Below, piece after piece: positions 39,611 to 53,095 of a stretch of 64,000 nt of DNA. Origin of the DNA: Octopus vulgaris (Eukaryota); assembly GCA_951406725.2 (NCBI GenBank), contig OX597822.1, positions 46,686,001-46,750,000 of the forward strand, given 5' to 3'. Every line of letters starts with the position of its first letter. The stretch's first letter is position 1. The translations under genes were made by a program, and so were the position numbers. The notes below the pieces were generated by a model that saw nothing but the letters and a program-made list of their open reading frames with translations, was not told where the DNA came from and ran no database searches.

Positions 39611-41853
39611 TCTAAATGTGATTCTGATTTAGGTAGGGACATACATGTTGATCCTCTAGCTGTCATTCATCACTATGTTTTTTTTTTCTTCCTTTCTAAA
39701 ACTGTTTGAGATTCTCTTAATATTGAGGAACTCTTTTATACAATTTGTCAGCATCCCAATATATTAGGATATATTATTAAAATTAAATTAACTTTTTTTT
39801 TTCTTGAACAGTTTTGTTTATGTATTTATATCTTCAAAATAGTATTTAACTAGACTTTCTTATTGGTAAACCTCTAAACTACCACTGTTTAGACTGTGTA
39901 TGTGCATATATATATATAAACACACACACACATGCATATACATAAACACATATGTATGTATGCATCTGTGTGTGTGTACATACACTGATATTTATATATT
40001 GTCCTTTTACAATATCCATGAGTTTAGAAACTTCATGATGAATATGGCAAGATTTGTATCTCAGGTCAGTGTGGGAAATATCTTCGGTGCTCTTCATACT
40101 TGTTATATTAATTGATGTTTTCCCCAAATTTTGAGAATAAGACATTAGGCCTCTGTGGGTATTGACTACCCCACAAGAAGTCATCTCCTAGCAAGCTGAG
40201 CTTATTATCTCAGCCAAGAGGTGTTTACTTCTACTGAACAGATGGTATCTACTAGTTGTAATTGTTAAAATAATAATTTGAAGTTCTGTAGGCTGATGAT
40301 TATGGGAATGGCTATCTAAGAGTAGGAATAAGTAATGTTGTTTTTGATTCTCAGTTAAAACTACTTTATTAAAGCTATTAAAATGAGATTCTTCTTAAGG
40401 TGACGAACTGGCAGAACTATTAGCATCATGGGTGAAATGCTTGGCATCATTTTGTCTTGTCTTTACATTCAGCTTTCACTGAGGTTGACTTTGCCTTTCA
40501 TCTTTTCAGTGTTGATAAATTAAGTACCAGTTTAATACTGGGGTTGATGTAATTGACGCCCCCCCCTCCCTCCCTCAAAATTGGTTACCTTGTGCCAAAA
40601 TTTGAAGCCAATATGAATTCCTCTCAGACATGGTGACTTTTTTATTCCCCCCCCCCCCCCCCAACCCTTTTGTAAGATTTTGTATTTTAATGCTGACGTA
40701 ACAATATTAGTAGATAGCTAAAGTGTGGTTAGAATGGAACTAGATTTCAGCTTATTTACAACTCTGATCTTAGTTCGAATCTATCACAGATATGTTAATG
40801 ATATCCCTTCAATTGATTTTATCTCTCTCTCTCTCTGTCAGTATTGATTTTCAAATTCCCCAACATTTGTTGTGTCAGGGTTTATGAAGTTATCAGTCAC
40901 ACAACAAACATTTGAGATTTTCAGTATTTCGGTTACTTCCTGGCAGGGTTTGTAAGTTGAAAAGGTAGGGAGGGGGCTAGTTGCAAATGTGTTCCTTTTT
41001 TTTTTTTTTGTGCTCCTTTCTCCTCTTTCAGTCCTTTCCAGTACTTTTTATAAAAGCCTTTCATATCTTCAAAAATCCAACAAATGTGACAATCCATCAT
41101 CCTTGATTGATTTCCCAGAATCACACAACCATGTTATAAAATTTTATAAAAATTGTAATTCTTATTATTATGTATGTGTTGCCTATGATGGGCAAAAAGC
41201 TCTTATTTTGAAACCTATGATTATTATTATTATGATCTGTAGAATTTCTCTTGTATTTATTTTATGAAATCTGTATGTTCCATTGTAAAAATTCCTGTTT
41301 TGGTTTAAACGAAAAAAAAAAAAAATCTGAAGAAAGAAATTGAAATATGGAAAAATAGCTTCATTTCTAAAATAAATCTCTGGCAATTCTGTTCCATTTT
41401 TACCCCCTTTTCTGCCCCCTATCCCCTTACTGCCATCGAGATTTACAGTTGTATTATGTTATTTGTACCTGGCCAAGCAACTAGAAGGATTACTACCAGT
41501 AAACACTAAAACAGAAGGACAATGAAATGAATACACATGCAAAAACGGTCATTAATGTAAAAGACACAAAGAAAACCCATTACATATATATATGTATATA
41601 TATGAAGAACTCTTGGAATATGCTTAATATTTCTTTTGAGAAGCAACTTTTGACCACTGACTACTGAGTTGAAAGTGGACAATAATTATTTATTTGGGTG
41701 TCTTTGTTGACCTTTCATTTACCAATGTCTTTGGCCGCCTTGAATTAGTTGACAGACAGTCTGTTAATCCAAGGGAAACTGAAACGACAACAACATCATC
41801 AATACCAAAATCTGGTTGTGGATAATCTCTGGAGTTTCTTGCTCCCTCTTCTC

Positions 41854-41885
<32 letters not shown>

Positions 41886-44659
41886 TCCATCGTGCCAACA
41901 TCTACATTTCTGAGCAAATGAACAAGACACACATGATTAAGAATGGTCCATCTTGGAGACATGTTTAGTCTAGTGACCTGTTTGTTATTCATCTTCAACT
42001 TGGTCTGTATAATGGAAAGTTCTGGAACAGTCAGTTAGAAATAGAGAGAGAGAGAGGCAGATGGAGGTCGAGTGAGACCATGGAGAATGAGAAAAGGAAA
42101 AATATAAAAATACAAAAAAAAAATGCAAGGTATATGAAGAAATGGAACAAAATGTGAAGGAAATGTTTCTTTTCTGATAAAATTCTTGGAACCAATTAAG
42201 AGATCACAGCTTACCAAAATGAGCAAAAGAAAAAAAAAAGAAAACGTGACCTCCCAGAGTGACTGGTTATGTGAAATATTGAAGTATAAATGTATTTCTG
42301 TATACACAAATACAAAATATACACATGCACACATTCTAGTAAATGTACATGCATGCATATAAATATGGTGCTGTGCATTTGCTGTCTCATGCATCTATCT
42401 TCAAACACTAGCATACATAGTCCAGAACAATGTGTGTATATAAATACATATGTATACATATATATTTTGTGCATACGCAGATTTAATCAATCACAGCAAC
42501 AATATCCCAACCATAATTTAAACTACAACAACCAAAATGAAGAAAAAGAGGAAAGAAATGGTGGCAGTAGTAATGATGACAAGAATGGTGATGGTGATGC
42601 ATCGACTATCATTCTGAGAGTCATTTGTTCCTTTATTTTTTTTTTAGTTTGTTTTAAGTGGAGTGTAGCAAACAGCTGGGGGATGGATATCTACCAAATA
42701 CATGAAAGGAAAAAAAAAAAAAAGAAATTTAAAAATAATCAGAAAGAAAATCATTTGCTGCAGCCATGTTTATTTTTTGGATTACTTACCTAGTGTGTGG
42801 TTTCCTCAATCCAAATTTGCCTCTGTGGGTTATCCTACTCACATCTTGGGATAAGTACTAAAACAGGTTGGTATGTTTGTTCACTGTGTGTAGCAACATT
42901 TAGTTGATGTTAATTTTTATATTTTACTCAGCAGATTTTTTTTAAACCATTATTATTATTATTGATCAATTAACCTGTTTTGTTTGTTTTTAATTTTTTG
43001 TCCCTTTTTTTCTGTATATTTTTACCATCTCCACAGACACACACACACAGCCATCTAAAAATTAAACTTTTTAGTTTTAGCAGTTTTCTTTTTCATATTT
43101 TGCTAAAATAATTCATTTAAAAGATTTAACCTCCAAAAGACACCAGTTGTTGTGTCTCAAAAGAAAGACAAGGAATGTAAGCAAGACATGATTTCTCTCT
43201 TATTGGAATTTTGAGTTCTGTGGTGCAGGTGTGTGTGTTTGTGGGGTTGATGTATTCATACAAACTGAGTATCTCTAGCAAAAGACAGAAAGAAGAAAAT
43301 GAAAAAAAAAAAATGTATTCTCTGCAAAGACTGGTATATATATATATAATGTATGTGTATATATCTTTATAGAAGGCAAATCTATTCAATTCTTGTTTAA
43401 AAAAAAAAGAATTTTTTTCTTAATAAATATTTTAAAAAATATATCAAAATTTGAAATTACAAAAAGCCCTGTGGATATTTGATTAAGTTTTTGTTTTCAT
43501 AAGGACGGAGTGAAACCTGTTTGGTTCCGCTTCTGGAGTGATTATGTTTCCCATCAGTCTTCCGTAACTATGACAACTAACCCCTAGCCAATTCTCTCTT
43601 TCATCAATACACTTGCTATCCTACTCAGGTGTGTAATTTGCGACCGTACCCCAGGTATGTTTCTCTTTACTTGTTAATTCATCTCTTCATCATTTGGCAT
43701 TTATTTATCCTCTACAATCACAACCGACAACGTACTCAACTAGTTTCACACCAAAATTCACCCTTTTATCTCGTATCTAATTCTAATCGAAAGGTAATTG
43801 TTGATTTTTTTTTTTTTTGTTAACTTTTTCTACCAGCAGAGAACAGCTTCCATCAATTTCTTCTGAACTCTTGCCTCCTACATTCTTTTTTATATCTTTG
43901 CTGCAATCTCTCTCTTTATTTTTTCCTTTCTTTCTCTTTGAGTTCCATAACCATGTGTTGCAATAACTGCAGAAGTAACATTTCCTTTGTCATATTTAAT
44001 GCTGTGCTCTTTAATTTTTTGCTTCCATGTCAAAATTTGCTGCTACTTAAGCCCATTTCTGACCCTCTATTTTACACAACCTGGTCACTGATTTATTACA
44101 CCTAAGTTTTAGATAATTAAGAGGCTTTAGAAATGTTTTGGTAAAATATCAGCAACTTTTACATATTTTTATTTATTCATATATATAGAGAGATAGATAT
44201 CTTCTATTTTTTTACTTGTTTCAGTCATTGGGCAGTGGCCATGCTGGGGCATCACCTTGACACAGTTTAGTCGACTGAATCAACCTCTGTCTTTTACCGA
44301 ACCGCTAAATTATGGGGACGTAAACACACCAACACCAGTTGTCAAGCAGTGATGAGGAACAAGCAAAGACACACACATGCGTAGACATGTATGTGTATAT
44401 ACACACACAGTGGGCTTCCTTCAGTTTCTGCCTCCCAAATCCACTCAGAAGGCTTCGTTCAGCCCAAGGTTGACACTTGCCCAAGGTGCCACACAGGTTA
44501 CACTTTTATATATATATATTAAGGTTTTATAGTTTGCTTGAAGCATTGTATATGGAATATAACATTGAAAGATTTAAAAGCCAAACAATGCAAATAGATT
44601 TTAAGATGAGGTAACATAAACTAAAAGTAAATTACCTGGTAATCTTTGGTCGTATATTT

Positions 44660-44700
44660 GTCCAATATTTCGGGACATACAAGTCCCTTCTTCAGGGTTA
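44660..44700 (-). ncRNA. Hammerhead-like motif of a further Penelope-type repeat
   Basis: Minus strand CC-CUGAAGA-A-GGGAC UUGUAU GUCCC-GAAAUAUU-GG: 5-bp stem II, palindromic AAUAUU stem III, but only a 2-bp stem I. Confidence 0.45.
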
Positions 44701-45546
44701 AAAAGGAACTGTCCTTGGCGAGATGTTTTTTGTTGGCGATAAAATTATTCTATGATATATTTGAATTTTCAAGCGTTTCTTTTCTTCATGAATGTTAGTG
44801 ACGTCAATTATTAACTTATCGCTCCACAAATCAATTTTCATCCCCTCTTGTGGACTGATGTTGGTGTGTTTACATTCCCTTAACTTAGCAGCTTGGCAAA
44901 AGCGACTGATAGAATAAGTACTAGTCTCACAAAGAATAAGTCCTGGGGTCGATTTGTTCGACTAAAGACAGTGCATGGCCACAGTCAAATGACTGAAACA
45001 AGCAAAAGAATAAAAGAATTCATGTAATTTTTAGAATTCATTTTTAAAAAATTTTTTAATGGTTACTAGTTAAGGCAGTGAGCTTTGCAGAATATTTTCT
45101 GTGCCAGACAAAGTACTTAGCAGCATTTTTTCTGGCTCTTTACATTTTGAGTTCAGATGCAGCTGAGGTTGACTTTGCATCTCTGTCCTTTCAGGGTCGC
45201 TAAAAATAAATACCAGTTGTGCATTGGCATCAATGTAATCAACCTCCTCCTCCCCTCAAAATTGTTGTCCTTGTGCTAGAATCGAAACAGATATTAACTG
45301 TTACTAGTCAGACTTTCTCTAATCTGCTGGTGCACTTACTTATATACCTTTGCCTTTTAAGCACATTTAAATGAAAGTGAAAATATTCCCTTTACTATGG
45401 TGTCTACTATCAACTGATAGTAGGTAACTCAAAGCCTTATTTCAAATGTAGCATGCCTTTGTTTTATTTAATCATAATGCGCATTATATTTTCATATAAT
45501 TTGTCATGTTAATTTCCAGTTTGCCATAATATTATTACTATTATTA

Positions 45547-45773
45547 AGGCGGTGAGTTGGTAGAAATGTTAGCACGCTGGGCAAAATGCTTAGCGGTATT
45601 TTGTCTGTCTTTACATTCTGAGTTCAAATTCTGCCAAGTTCAACTTTGCTTTTCATCTTTTTTGGGGTTGATAAATTAAGTACCAGTTGTGTACTGGGGT
45701 TGATCTAATTGACTGGCGCCCTTCCCAAAAATTTCGGGCTTTGTGCCTAAATTAGAAAAGATTATTATTATTA
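45547..45773 (+). mobile_element. tRNA-derived SINE with conserved central domain (CTTTGCCTTTCATCCTTTCGGGGTCGATAAATTAAGTACCAG) and (ATT)n tail
   Basis: Head GGCGGTGAGCTGGCAGAA...GAGTTCAAATTC. Copies at ~12040-12240, 21725-21945(-), 29083-29660, 45775-45985, 61122-61340 and the 57240-58970 array. The central domain resembles Nin/Meta-type SINE domains; superfamily unverified. Confidence 0.75.
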
Positions 45774-48499
45774 TAGCAGTGAGCTGGAAGAATCGTTAGA
45801 ACAAAATGTTTTGTGGCATTTCTTCTGCCTTTCCTTTCTGAGTTCAAATTCTGCCATGGTCAACTTTGCCCTACATTCTTTTGGGTTTGATTAAAAATAA
45901 GTACCTGTTGGGCACTGGGATTGATGTAATCAATTTACCCCCTCCCTCAAAATCACTGGCCCTCGTGCCAATAATTTGAAATTATTGTTATTATTATTTA
46001 TTAATGGGTGGATGAATTTGTAAAGCCACAAGCAGAATGCCTTATGGTATTTAGTTATGTCTCTAATGATCTGGTCTGCTCTTTGTTCATATTTGTTCAT
46101 TTAATTTACATCTGTTTTTTCATGCTGACATGTGTTAGATGGAGACTTATTTGGAGACATTATTTTTATTTTATAGTCAGGTGCTCTTCCTAACTGTTAC
46201 TTGTTTTTCAAATGAGGGCTTTTTAAAAAAAAAAAAAATTCTGCTGGTCTTTGTTTATAAGGAATGTAAATGTGAAGATGTGGAATGTTGATATATAATG
46301 GGCTTTCATACCATTCTCGTCTGCCAGTTCCACTTCCAAGGCATGTACCAGTGATAGACATAATAATCAAGGGGGTTGCTGTCTAAGGAGTTAGGTGGCC
46401 AGATGTTGGAGGTGATGTGGTCACAGAAATTGTCTGACAGCCATGACTGGGTTCTCCTGCTTTTGTGGCATGGTGCAGAGTCCTGCTGCTAGACATAGGG
46501 TCTTCCAGGCACTTGATGTAGGACGTGTGGGAAGTAGCTTATATCCTCTACTCTTACTCCATACTTTTTGGTTTTGTGCCTGTGCCAGAAGGGAAGAACA
46601 CATAGTCAGGTGGTCGCAATCATAAGATCATGGTTGCGATTCCTTGACTGGGTGATGTGTTGTGTGTGTTCTTGAGCAAAACATTTCATGTGACATGGCT
46701 CCAGTTCACTCAACCATAAACAAGTTCCAGCAATAGCTGAGAAATTGGCCCTGCAGTAGACTGGCTTCACATTTGGTCATTCAGAAAGGTGTCACTTGTG
46801 CATCATGGAAACTGGGTTGAGTTCTGGCTTTTTGAGGCCTAGAGCTCATGATAGATCTCATGACAGAATCTGTGTCACAAGTGGATTAAATGCCTTGTGG
46901 TGTTAGATACATCCCACAACTTTCTGAGGTCAGTATATATCATCATCATCACATCCAATTCTACATGCTTGTAGGAGTCAGATGGAATTTGTAAAGTTAA
47001 ATTTCTTGTGGCTGGATGTTCTTCCTGTCAACAACCCTCGCCTGTTTCTAAGCAAGATGTTTCCCCATAGCCTCATATCAAGACATGGATGCACACATAA
47101 GTTGGTGTTAGGAAGAGCATCTAGCTGTAGAAACCCTGCCAAAACTGACAACAGAGCTTGGCACAGTCCTCTGGCTTGCTAGCTCTTGTCAATACATCCA
47201 ACCCATGTCAATGTGGATAACAAACATTAAATGATGTTGATGATGATCATGGTGATGTATTTGCGCTATAGGCTTCTTTCAGGTTTCACCTACCATATCC
47301 ACTCAAAGCTTTGGTTTGCCAAGTGCTTTGGTAGAAAAAACTTGCACCAGGTGGCATGCAGTAGAACTAGACTCAAGACCAAATAGTTAGGAGGTACACT
47401 TCTTAAAAACTCAGCTGAGCCATACTGGTACCTTCTATATATAGGTGCAGGAGTGGGTGTGTAGTAAGTAGCTTGCTTACTAACCACATGGTTCCAGGTT
47501 CAGTCCCACTCCGTAGCACCTCGGGCAAGTGTCTTCTGCTATAGCCTCAGGCTGACCAAAGCCTTGTGAGTGGGTTTGGTAGACAGAAACTGAAAGAAGC
47601 CCATCGTATATCGGGTGAGGTGGTGAAGTATAACCTTTGAACATTGGGCTTCACAGAGACAATGCCAAAAGACAGATCTCTGGAGGTATGCTGTGACTGA
47701 GAAGACCCGGCAAATAAAGTGAGTCCCCATCTGTAACCTTCACCAGTGTCGCATAAACAGCCCACTCAAAAGTACCCTGGATCATAGGGCGATATGCTGT
47801 GCTTGAGGAGACATATTGGATTAAGTACATCAACAGCAATATCAAAATCAAATTAAACGGAAATTGTAGTTGTGAGCTCCATGCTGGTAGCACATAAAAA
47901 GTATCATCTGAACGTGGCTGATGCCAGAGCTGCTTTGACTGGCTTCTGTGCCAGTGGCACGTAAAATTCACCCACTACACTCTCAGAGTGGTTGGCATTA
48001 GGAAGGACATCCAGCTGTAGAAACACTGACAGATCAGGTTGGGGCCTGGTGCAGCTTCCTGGCTTTCCACACCCAAGTCGAATCATCCAACCCATGCCAG
48101 CATGAAAAACAGACATTAAGCTGTGATGATGATGATGATAATGGTGATATATATGTGTGTTTACATCCTCGTAACTTAGCGGTTTGGCAAAAGGGACTGG
48201 TAGAATAAGCACTAGACTTACAAGAATAAGTCCTGGGGTTGATTTGTTCAACTAAAGGTGCTGCTCCAGCATGGCCACAGTCAAATGACTGGAATAAATT
48301 ACATGAGCTGTGCACTTCTAGAATCTGTGGTTTTGTGTGTATTACAGATCATTGTTATCATTACATGGATTTCAAGTGTTTGGGCAGAAAGCAAGATACC
48401 AGTGGATACAATCTTCGATTTGGCTGCATTGATTTTCTACCAAAATGTGATACCCATCCGCATAGTTTAATGTCAATAATTGGTTAGGTATAACCGTAA

Positions 48500-50040
48500 A
48501 AATCTGTCTTAGGGTTCCTCCCTCCAGATTTGTGTAAGAATTTATTTGTTTCGCTATTTTTAAAGCTCAATAAATTACCCCACTTGGTTGATGCAGTCAG
48601 TACTGCTGTCTTGTCTGGTGCTGTGATTCCAGTAATTATCAGGATGCAAGATTTGTATGGAGTTACCTGTTCTGAGATGAGCAGCTAAACGCTCGAGAAC
48701 CTCATCTGCCTTGGGTTCATTGGGGTGTCTGTGAGTGACCTTCTTCTGGAGCCAATTCCATGACACGCTAATCAACCCATAGATAGGACCCGGGTATGAT
48801 GTGGTTCCACACTCCTCAAAATTTTTGGAACTCTCGAACCAGACCCTGATACTAGTTTCTGATTGGAAAATTGATGTGTGGGTCCTCAGCCCTGACAATA
48901 ATCGCACTGATTTTGCCAAGTGTTGGTCACATATTTATTGAATTCCTCATAGCAAAATGGGTATCAGACTGCTGCTTTCACCACTGTAATTTACAGTCAT
49001 ACCTAGAACATATAGACTATAATTGGCTCTAATTAGATTCAGCCACTTCGTAAATAATCTGTAGACATGATATTCCAGAGTCCATTGCAATCAGGATATC
49101 CTATGGCACACTATGATCAACATACTCAAAAGCTGCTGCAAAAGTCATGAAGCAAATGATGGTTCACTATTAGTAGCTCCAATGTTTTCCCAGAACCCTT
49201 TTCTGATTGGAAATTTGATTTCCAATCAGCCCTGACAATAATCACACAGATTTTGCCAAATGTTGGTCACATGTTTATTGAATTCTTCATAGCAAAATGG
49301 TATTAGACTGCTGCTTTCACTACCACAAGCCTGGACAAAGATGAGCTAGATGCCTGTATTTTCTATGCAAATACTGTATTCTATCATTATCTTTCAAGTC
49401 AGGGGATCTTGTAACCACAAAAATATATCTCTCTTAAGTGCTCATTCATGCTAACTTGTGAGACACAACTTATAAGTGCAGTGGATTTATTTAAGGTAGA
49501 AGTGTTTGGTCTATGATTAGGCTTTACATTTTGTGTTGAACCCTGAAGTTTGTTGATGTTATCAGATTAATTCTCTTCAACATCTCTTTCTCAGATGGCA
49601 GTGCCTTTGATCATGTGCTTAGTTGTCTAAGAGGTGAACTCTTCTGTGATACAGTCATGCCAGAGTCCATCATAAGACCATAATCCAGTTGTGCCTGAGT
49701 TTCTCATTGGGTAGTATAAACAGTGAGGCTTTCAGCTGAAAACAGACAGGCATTATCAACTTGGATCTTGAATCAACAAATGGTCCTTGCATTTAAATGT
49801 GACTTTACATTAGACAACATTGATTGTCTGGCATGGTCATCTTCTGCGCATGATGCTGAAAGTTAATGGACTGGAATTCCAACAGAAGGTAAAGTATATT
49901 TCAACCAAGAATTGAACCTGACTACAGGAGACTCCACTTGAGGCTCACTTTTCCACCGAGCTTTACAAAATAGTCTAATCTCGATTCTTGCCTTAGCAAA
50001 CTAACTTTGTGCAGTCTGTAGCAGACTGTTTCAAAAATCC
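48500..50040 (-). mobile_element. Heavily decayed RTE-like LINE RT remnant
   Basis: Minus-strand frame near 49170-49080 reads IICFMTFAAAFEYVDH, resembling the RT motif DFAAAFDSV of RTE elements. Many stops; boundaries uncertain. Confidence 0.45.
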
Positions 50041-51527
50041 CATTATCACCAGCTAGTGACCCAACAAAGTATTGTTTGCCTTGCTAGAAATAACATTTGT
50101 TCTGACTAGTCTTGGGAGGCCCACAAAGGTTCTAGGCTCTGTTCCTCTTCAAGATAAAGTTACATCTTTTCATGTTAGGACAGTCAATGGAATCACTGTA
50201 CCACCATTACTGTTCAGTCCTCACATAATCAAACAATGGACAAAACTGGACAAGTATTGTTTGCCTTGCTAGAAATAACAGCCAAATCTCTCAGTTCATA
50301 CTTTGCTGTCATTGAAAAGAGGACACGCATTTAATGAATTGGTTGTGGCTCTTCTTGATCAGAAGTGATTTGCTGTTAAACAACCACTATGTCTACTACG
50401 GCAGATACACATTTATTACACATGTTAGTGACCTCATGCTTGAGATTTTGATATTCTCAACAATGTCTTCATTCCTTCATCCTAGTTCTCTTTATCATCA
50501 GGTATTACATCATTTAACATCTGTTTTCCATGATGACATGGATAGGATGGAGCTGCACCAGGCTCCAGTCATCTATTTTGGCATGGTTTCTGTGGTTAGA
50601 TGTCCTTCCGGTTGCCAACCGCTTTACAGAGTGTACTGGGGCCATGCCTTTTACATGGCAGCAGCACCAGTGCTTTTACAAGGCAATGACATCACTGTTT
50701 CTAATGTGGCATTGGCATAGGTGCCCCTTAGGTGGAACCATCACAGGTAATTATTTCATATGCTAAAGTGTTGAGCTAAATGTCTTAGTATATACTATAT
50801 TTGATGGCATATAAGACACCCAAAAATTATCTCTAAAAAAATCACCTCAGATTTTATATACAAAGTTAAACCTCCTATAAGCTTTAATACAGTAAAAACA
50901 TTTTTACCTGAAAATATACTGAAATACATTACTGAAATTGAGGTGTGTCTAATATAACTGTGCGTTATTTATGAGACATTACATTGGTTAGTATTAGATT
51001 TGTCTTGTTTGGTCTAAATTCATATTCTGTCCAGGCCAGTTTTGTCCATTGTTTGATTATGTGAGGACTGAACAGTAATGGTGGTACAGTGATTCCATTG
51101 ACTGTCCTAACATGAAAAGATGTAACTTTATCTTGAAGAGGAACAGAGCCTAGAACCTTTGTGGGCCTCCCAAGACTAGTCAGAACAAATCTGTTGGTGT
51201 TAAGTTTAAAACATCTGGAGGTAGATGCTCCAATAAGTTCAGGCTTGATTTCGTTCCATTAATTAATGTAATGAATGATATGGAACCTTTTAGTTCATTT
51301 TTTTTCATCCTATCTCTCTCCCTCCCCATCCCTCTCTCTCAAGAGAAGTTTCCAGTAAGTGAATGATTGAACATCTATTCATATTTGTAAATATTGAATG
51401 AATCTCACCTGTCGCTTTGTGGGGCCCAATGCTTGCATTGATTCTTGATTTGTCCAGGTATAAACAGTTACTTCTTAGTAATACTATCTACGTTTATGTT
51501 TGCTGTATATATGTGTGTATATATATT

Positions 51528-52190
51528 CGGGGTGCAATGAATAAACTGTCATCTAAATTACGCAAAAATGAAAATAACACTGACATCTCATTTTAACAGA
51601 GATATTTACCAAAATTACATAAAAATATCTTGAAATACTAAAGAGTGAATTTTTAAAATAAAATTGCCATTGGCTTCAACCACAGCCTCCAGACGATTTT
51701 GGAATCTCCTGCAACTCTTCTGGACAGTCTTCTTATTTAAGTTGGTGAATGCTGTCAAAATCTTCGCCTTGAGTTCATCTTTGGTGTTACAGGGAGTTTT
51801 GTTGGTCTCTCACTCAACTGCGTCCCATACATAATAATCAAGGGGGTTGCTGTCTAAGGAGTTAGGTGGCCAGATGTTGGAGGTGATGTGGTCACAGAAA
51901 TTGTCTGACAGCCATGACTGGGTTCTCCTGCTTTTGTGGCATGGTGCAGAGTCCTGCTGCTAGACATAGGGTCTTCCAGGCACTTGATGTAGGACGTGTG
52001 GGAAGATGAATGGAGGTATAACATCACCATCACTAGTGATCACTCTCAGTACTCTGCACTATCCTCAGATCGACACCCAAACACTCTGAAATGTTCATAT
52101 TGGAGCTTCTGGTGTGAGTGCCAAGCAGTACAGCATGTGGTTTCCAAATTTCTGGCAGAATGAATTGCATCATGGTGCTGTTTTTTTTCA
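51528..52190 (-). mobile_element. Decayed maT (DD37D) Tc1/mariner transposon with internal deletions
   Basis: Minus strand PYV*QQDSAPCHKSRRTQSWLSDNFCDHITSNIWPPNSLDSNPLDYYVWDAVE*; 37 residues between the second and third catalytic Asp; in-frame stops. Confidence 0.85.
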
Positions 52191-52269
52191 TAGACAGTGC
52201 CCAACTGACCCTACTATATTGGGTATTATTTGATTCTTTCACACGCACAATTTTCACTAAGAAATTTTT

Positions 52270-52711
52270 AAAAAAAACTCAGATTTTTTGTGTGGAATCA
52301 AGTACCCTGACCTCCCCTTATTTTTGTTCAGAAAAAAAGGGGTGGGTGGGAAACCAAACCCCTTCCTCCATCCCAGAATCATTGGATTTTTTTTTTTTTT
52401 TATTCGACTGAATTCTGGTGACCTAATATGCTACAAAACGTTTTATGGGTCCGGGAAACGGGATGGGGTGGGGTGGAACCCTCAGTAATTTGACTCCCCA
52501 CCCCCATTTTCAAATATTTTTCTCTATTTCTTTCTTTAATGTAATGAATGACATTCAATAGAAAATTCAAAGTTTGAAATAAATAAGTGAAGATGAAGAG
52601 GTTATAGAAGTTACCCCCACCTTTTTTTTTTTTCCAAACCAAAATAAGGGATTTGCAGCATATCAGGAAGTCAGGGTACTTGATTCCATGCAAAAAATAC
52701 AGGTTTTTTTT
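52270..52711. mobile_element. MITE with ~40-bp imperfect terminal inverted repeats
   Basis: TTTTTTGTGTGGAATCAAGTACCCTGAC versus GTCAGGGTACTTGATTCCATGCAAAAAA, plus subterminal inverted segments. Confidence 0.6.
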
Positions 52712-52715
52712 CTTA

Positions 52716-53095
52716 GTGCAGGAGTAGCTGTGTGGTAAGTAGCTTGCTTACCAACCACATTGTTCCAGGTTCAGTCCCACTGCGTGGCACCTTGAGCAAG
52801 TGTTTTCTACTATAGCTTTGGGCCAACCAAAGCCTTGTGAGTGGATTTGGTAGACAGAACCTGAAAAAAGCCTGTCATATATATGTGTGTGTGTGTTTGT
52901 TTGTCCCGTCCCCCCAACATTGCTTGACAACCAGTGCTGGTTTGTTTATGTCCCCATAACTTAGCGGTTCGGCAAAAGAGACCAATAGAATAAGTATTAG
53001 GCTTACAAAGAATAAGTCCTGGGGTCGATTTGCTGGACTAAAGGCAGTGTTCCAGCATGGTCGCAGTCAAATGACTGAAATAATTAAAAGAGTGA
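52716..53095 (+). mobile_element. Near-complete CORE-type tRNA SINE
   Basis: GCAGGAGTAGCTGTGTGGTAAGTAGCTTGC...GGTTCAGTCCCACTGCGTGGCACCTTGAGCAAGTG...GTCAAATGACTGAAA. Same family as 25378-25760, 47444-48295 (interrupted) and 62625-62990(-). Confidence 0.75.

Noticed and set aside
42290-42793. 167-aa ORF downstream of CDK12
   Set aside because: Low-complexity microsatellite and A-tract translation with no domain similarity.
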